DNA of 63,614 nt, counting the filler, from Octopus bimaculoides (taxonomy: Eukaryota), in the NCBI RefSeq assembly GCF_001194135.2. It is 5 parts of 5 records of this genome, joined end to end, with 100 filler letters (N's around TTAATTAATTAA, not from the genome) between each part and the next. Parts side by side here need not be neighbours in the genome. Positions count along the whole stretch, not along the records: positions 62,585 to 63,614 come from NW_026395313.1; 4 more parts are not named here. One strand, 5' to 3'. The translations under genes were made by a program, and so were the position numbers. Below are positions 62,936-63,614 of the stretch, piece after piece. How positions within the stretch are numbered: position 1 is the stretch's first letter; each line of letters starts with the position of its first letter. The notes beneath the pieces were generated by a model that ran no database searches, had not been told where the DNA came from, and saw nothing but the letters and a program-made list of their open reading frames with translations.

Positions 62936-63092
62936 TCATATATATATATCGGAGTAAATGTGCTATGCAGTGTTTACGTATAATCACAATTTAGGTTAGT
63001 TGAAATACGCTTGACAAACATATTTCAACTAACCTAAATTGTGATTATACGTAAACACTGCTTAGAGCATTCACTCCGATATATATATATGA
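62936..63092. mobile_element. Near-perfect 157-bp hairpin (72-bp arms, 13-nt loop) with (TA)n ends
   Basis: 62936-63007 is the reverse complement of 63021-63092, with a few differences confined to one short segment. Confidence 0.92.
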
Positions 63093-63614
63093 GTATAAGA
63101 TGTGTTGTGAGCATTTATAGAACACGTATCCTATATAAACTCAACAAACAATTAAAGATGCAGAATAGATGTTAAAAGTTTTATCAAATTTTAATACATG
63201 CGTACGATCGTTTCGAATGTCAACACCAACATGTAAGAAACATGGAAACAATTTAATTAATTATAATTATAATTAAATTAATTACATATTACTATTCTTC
63301 TCGGTGCAAAAGAAGAATACATCAAAAAGAAAGTATCAGAAGAATATTATGTTGTTACAGAAGACTAGATGGAGTCAGTGTCACATAACTCATTCGGATA
63401 TTCATATGATTATGAAAGATGAAATATAAGAACATGCTTAGGTAGTGCTGAGTTTAGTTGTGTAAGAACTATAACTGTTGCAGCTAACGGATATTTTGAA
63501 ATATCAGTGAAAAAGATTTAAGAAACGTTCTCTCTATATGAAGATAAGTAATATAGTGATATACATACTATGTACAGCATTTATCATAAGAAGTAAATTA
63601 TAATATATTTATAT

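Overview
AT-rich eukaryotic scaffold with many gaps, dominated by microsatellites and interspersed repeats. The repeat landscape looks like an octopus (coleoid cephalopod) draft genome; this is inferred from familiar SINE families, not from a search. No host protein-coding gene could be identified with confidence, and most supplied ORFs are translations of microsatellites or N-runs. Supported content: several tRNA-derived SINE families (one a composite with an internal microsatellite, two sharing a 3' tail, three copies with target-site duplications), degraded R4/Dong-type LINE pieces tied to (TAA)n tracts, Penelope and RTE fragments, two mariner relics, a Tigger/pogo-like MITE and three long fold-back elements. 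Three minimal hammerhead-ribozyme-like motifs (6125-6172 +, 48685-48742 -, 55645-55692 +) are the most interesting signals. Four 100-bp N44-TTAATTAATTAA-N44 linkers and a 388-bp duplication across a gap look like assembly artefacts, so long-range contiguity is uncertain. All alignments were made by eye and repeat boundaries are approximate.
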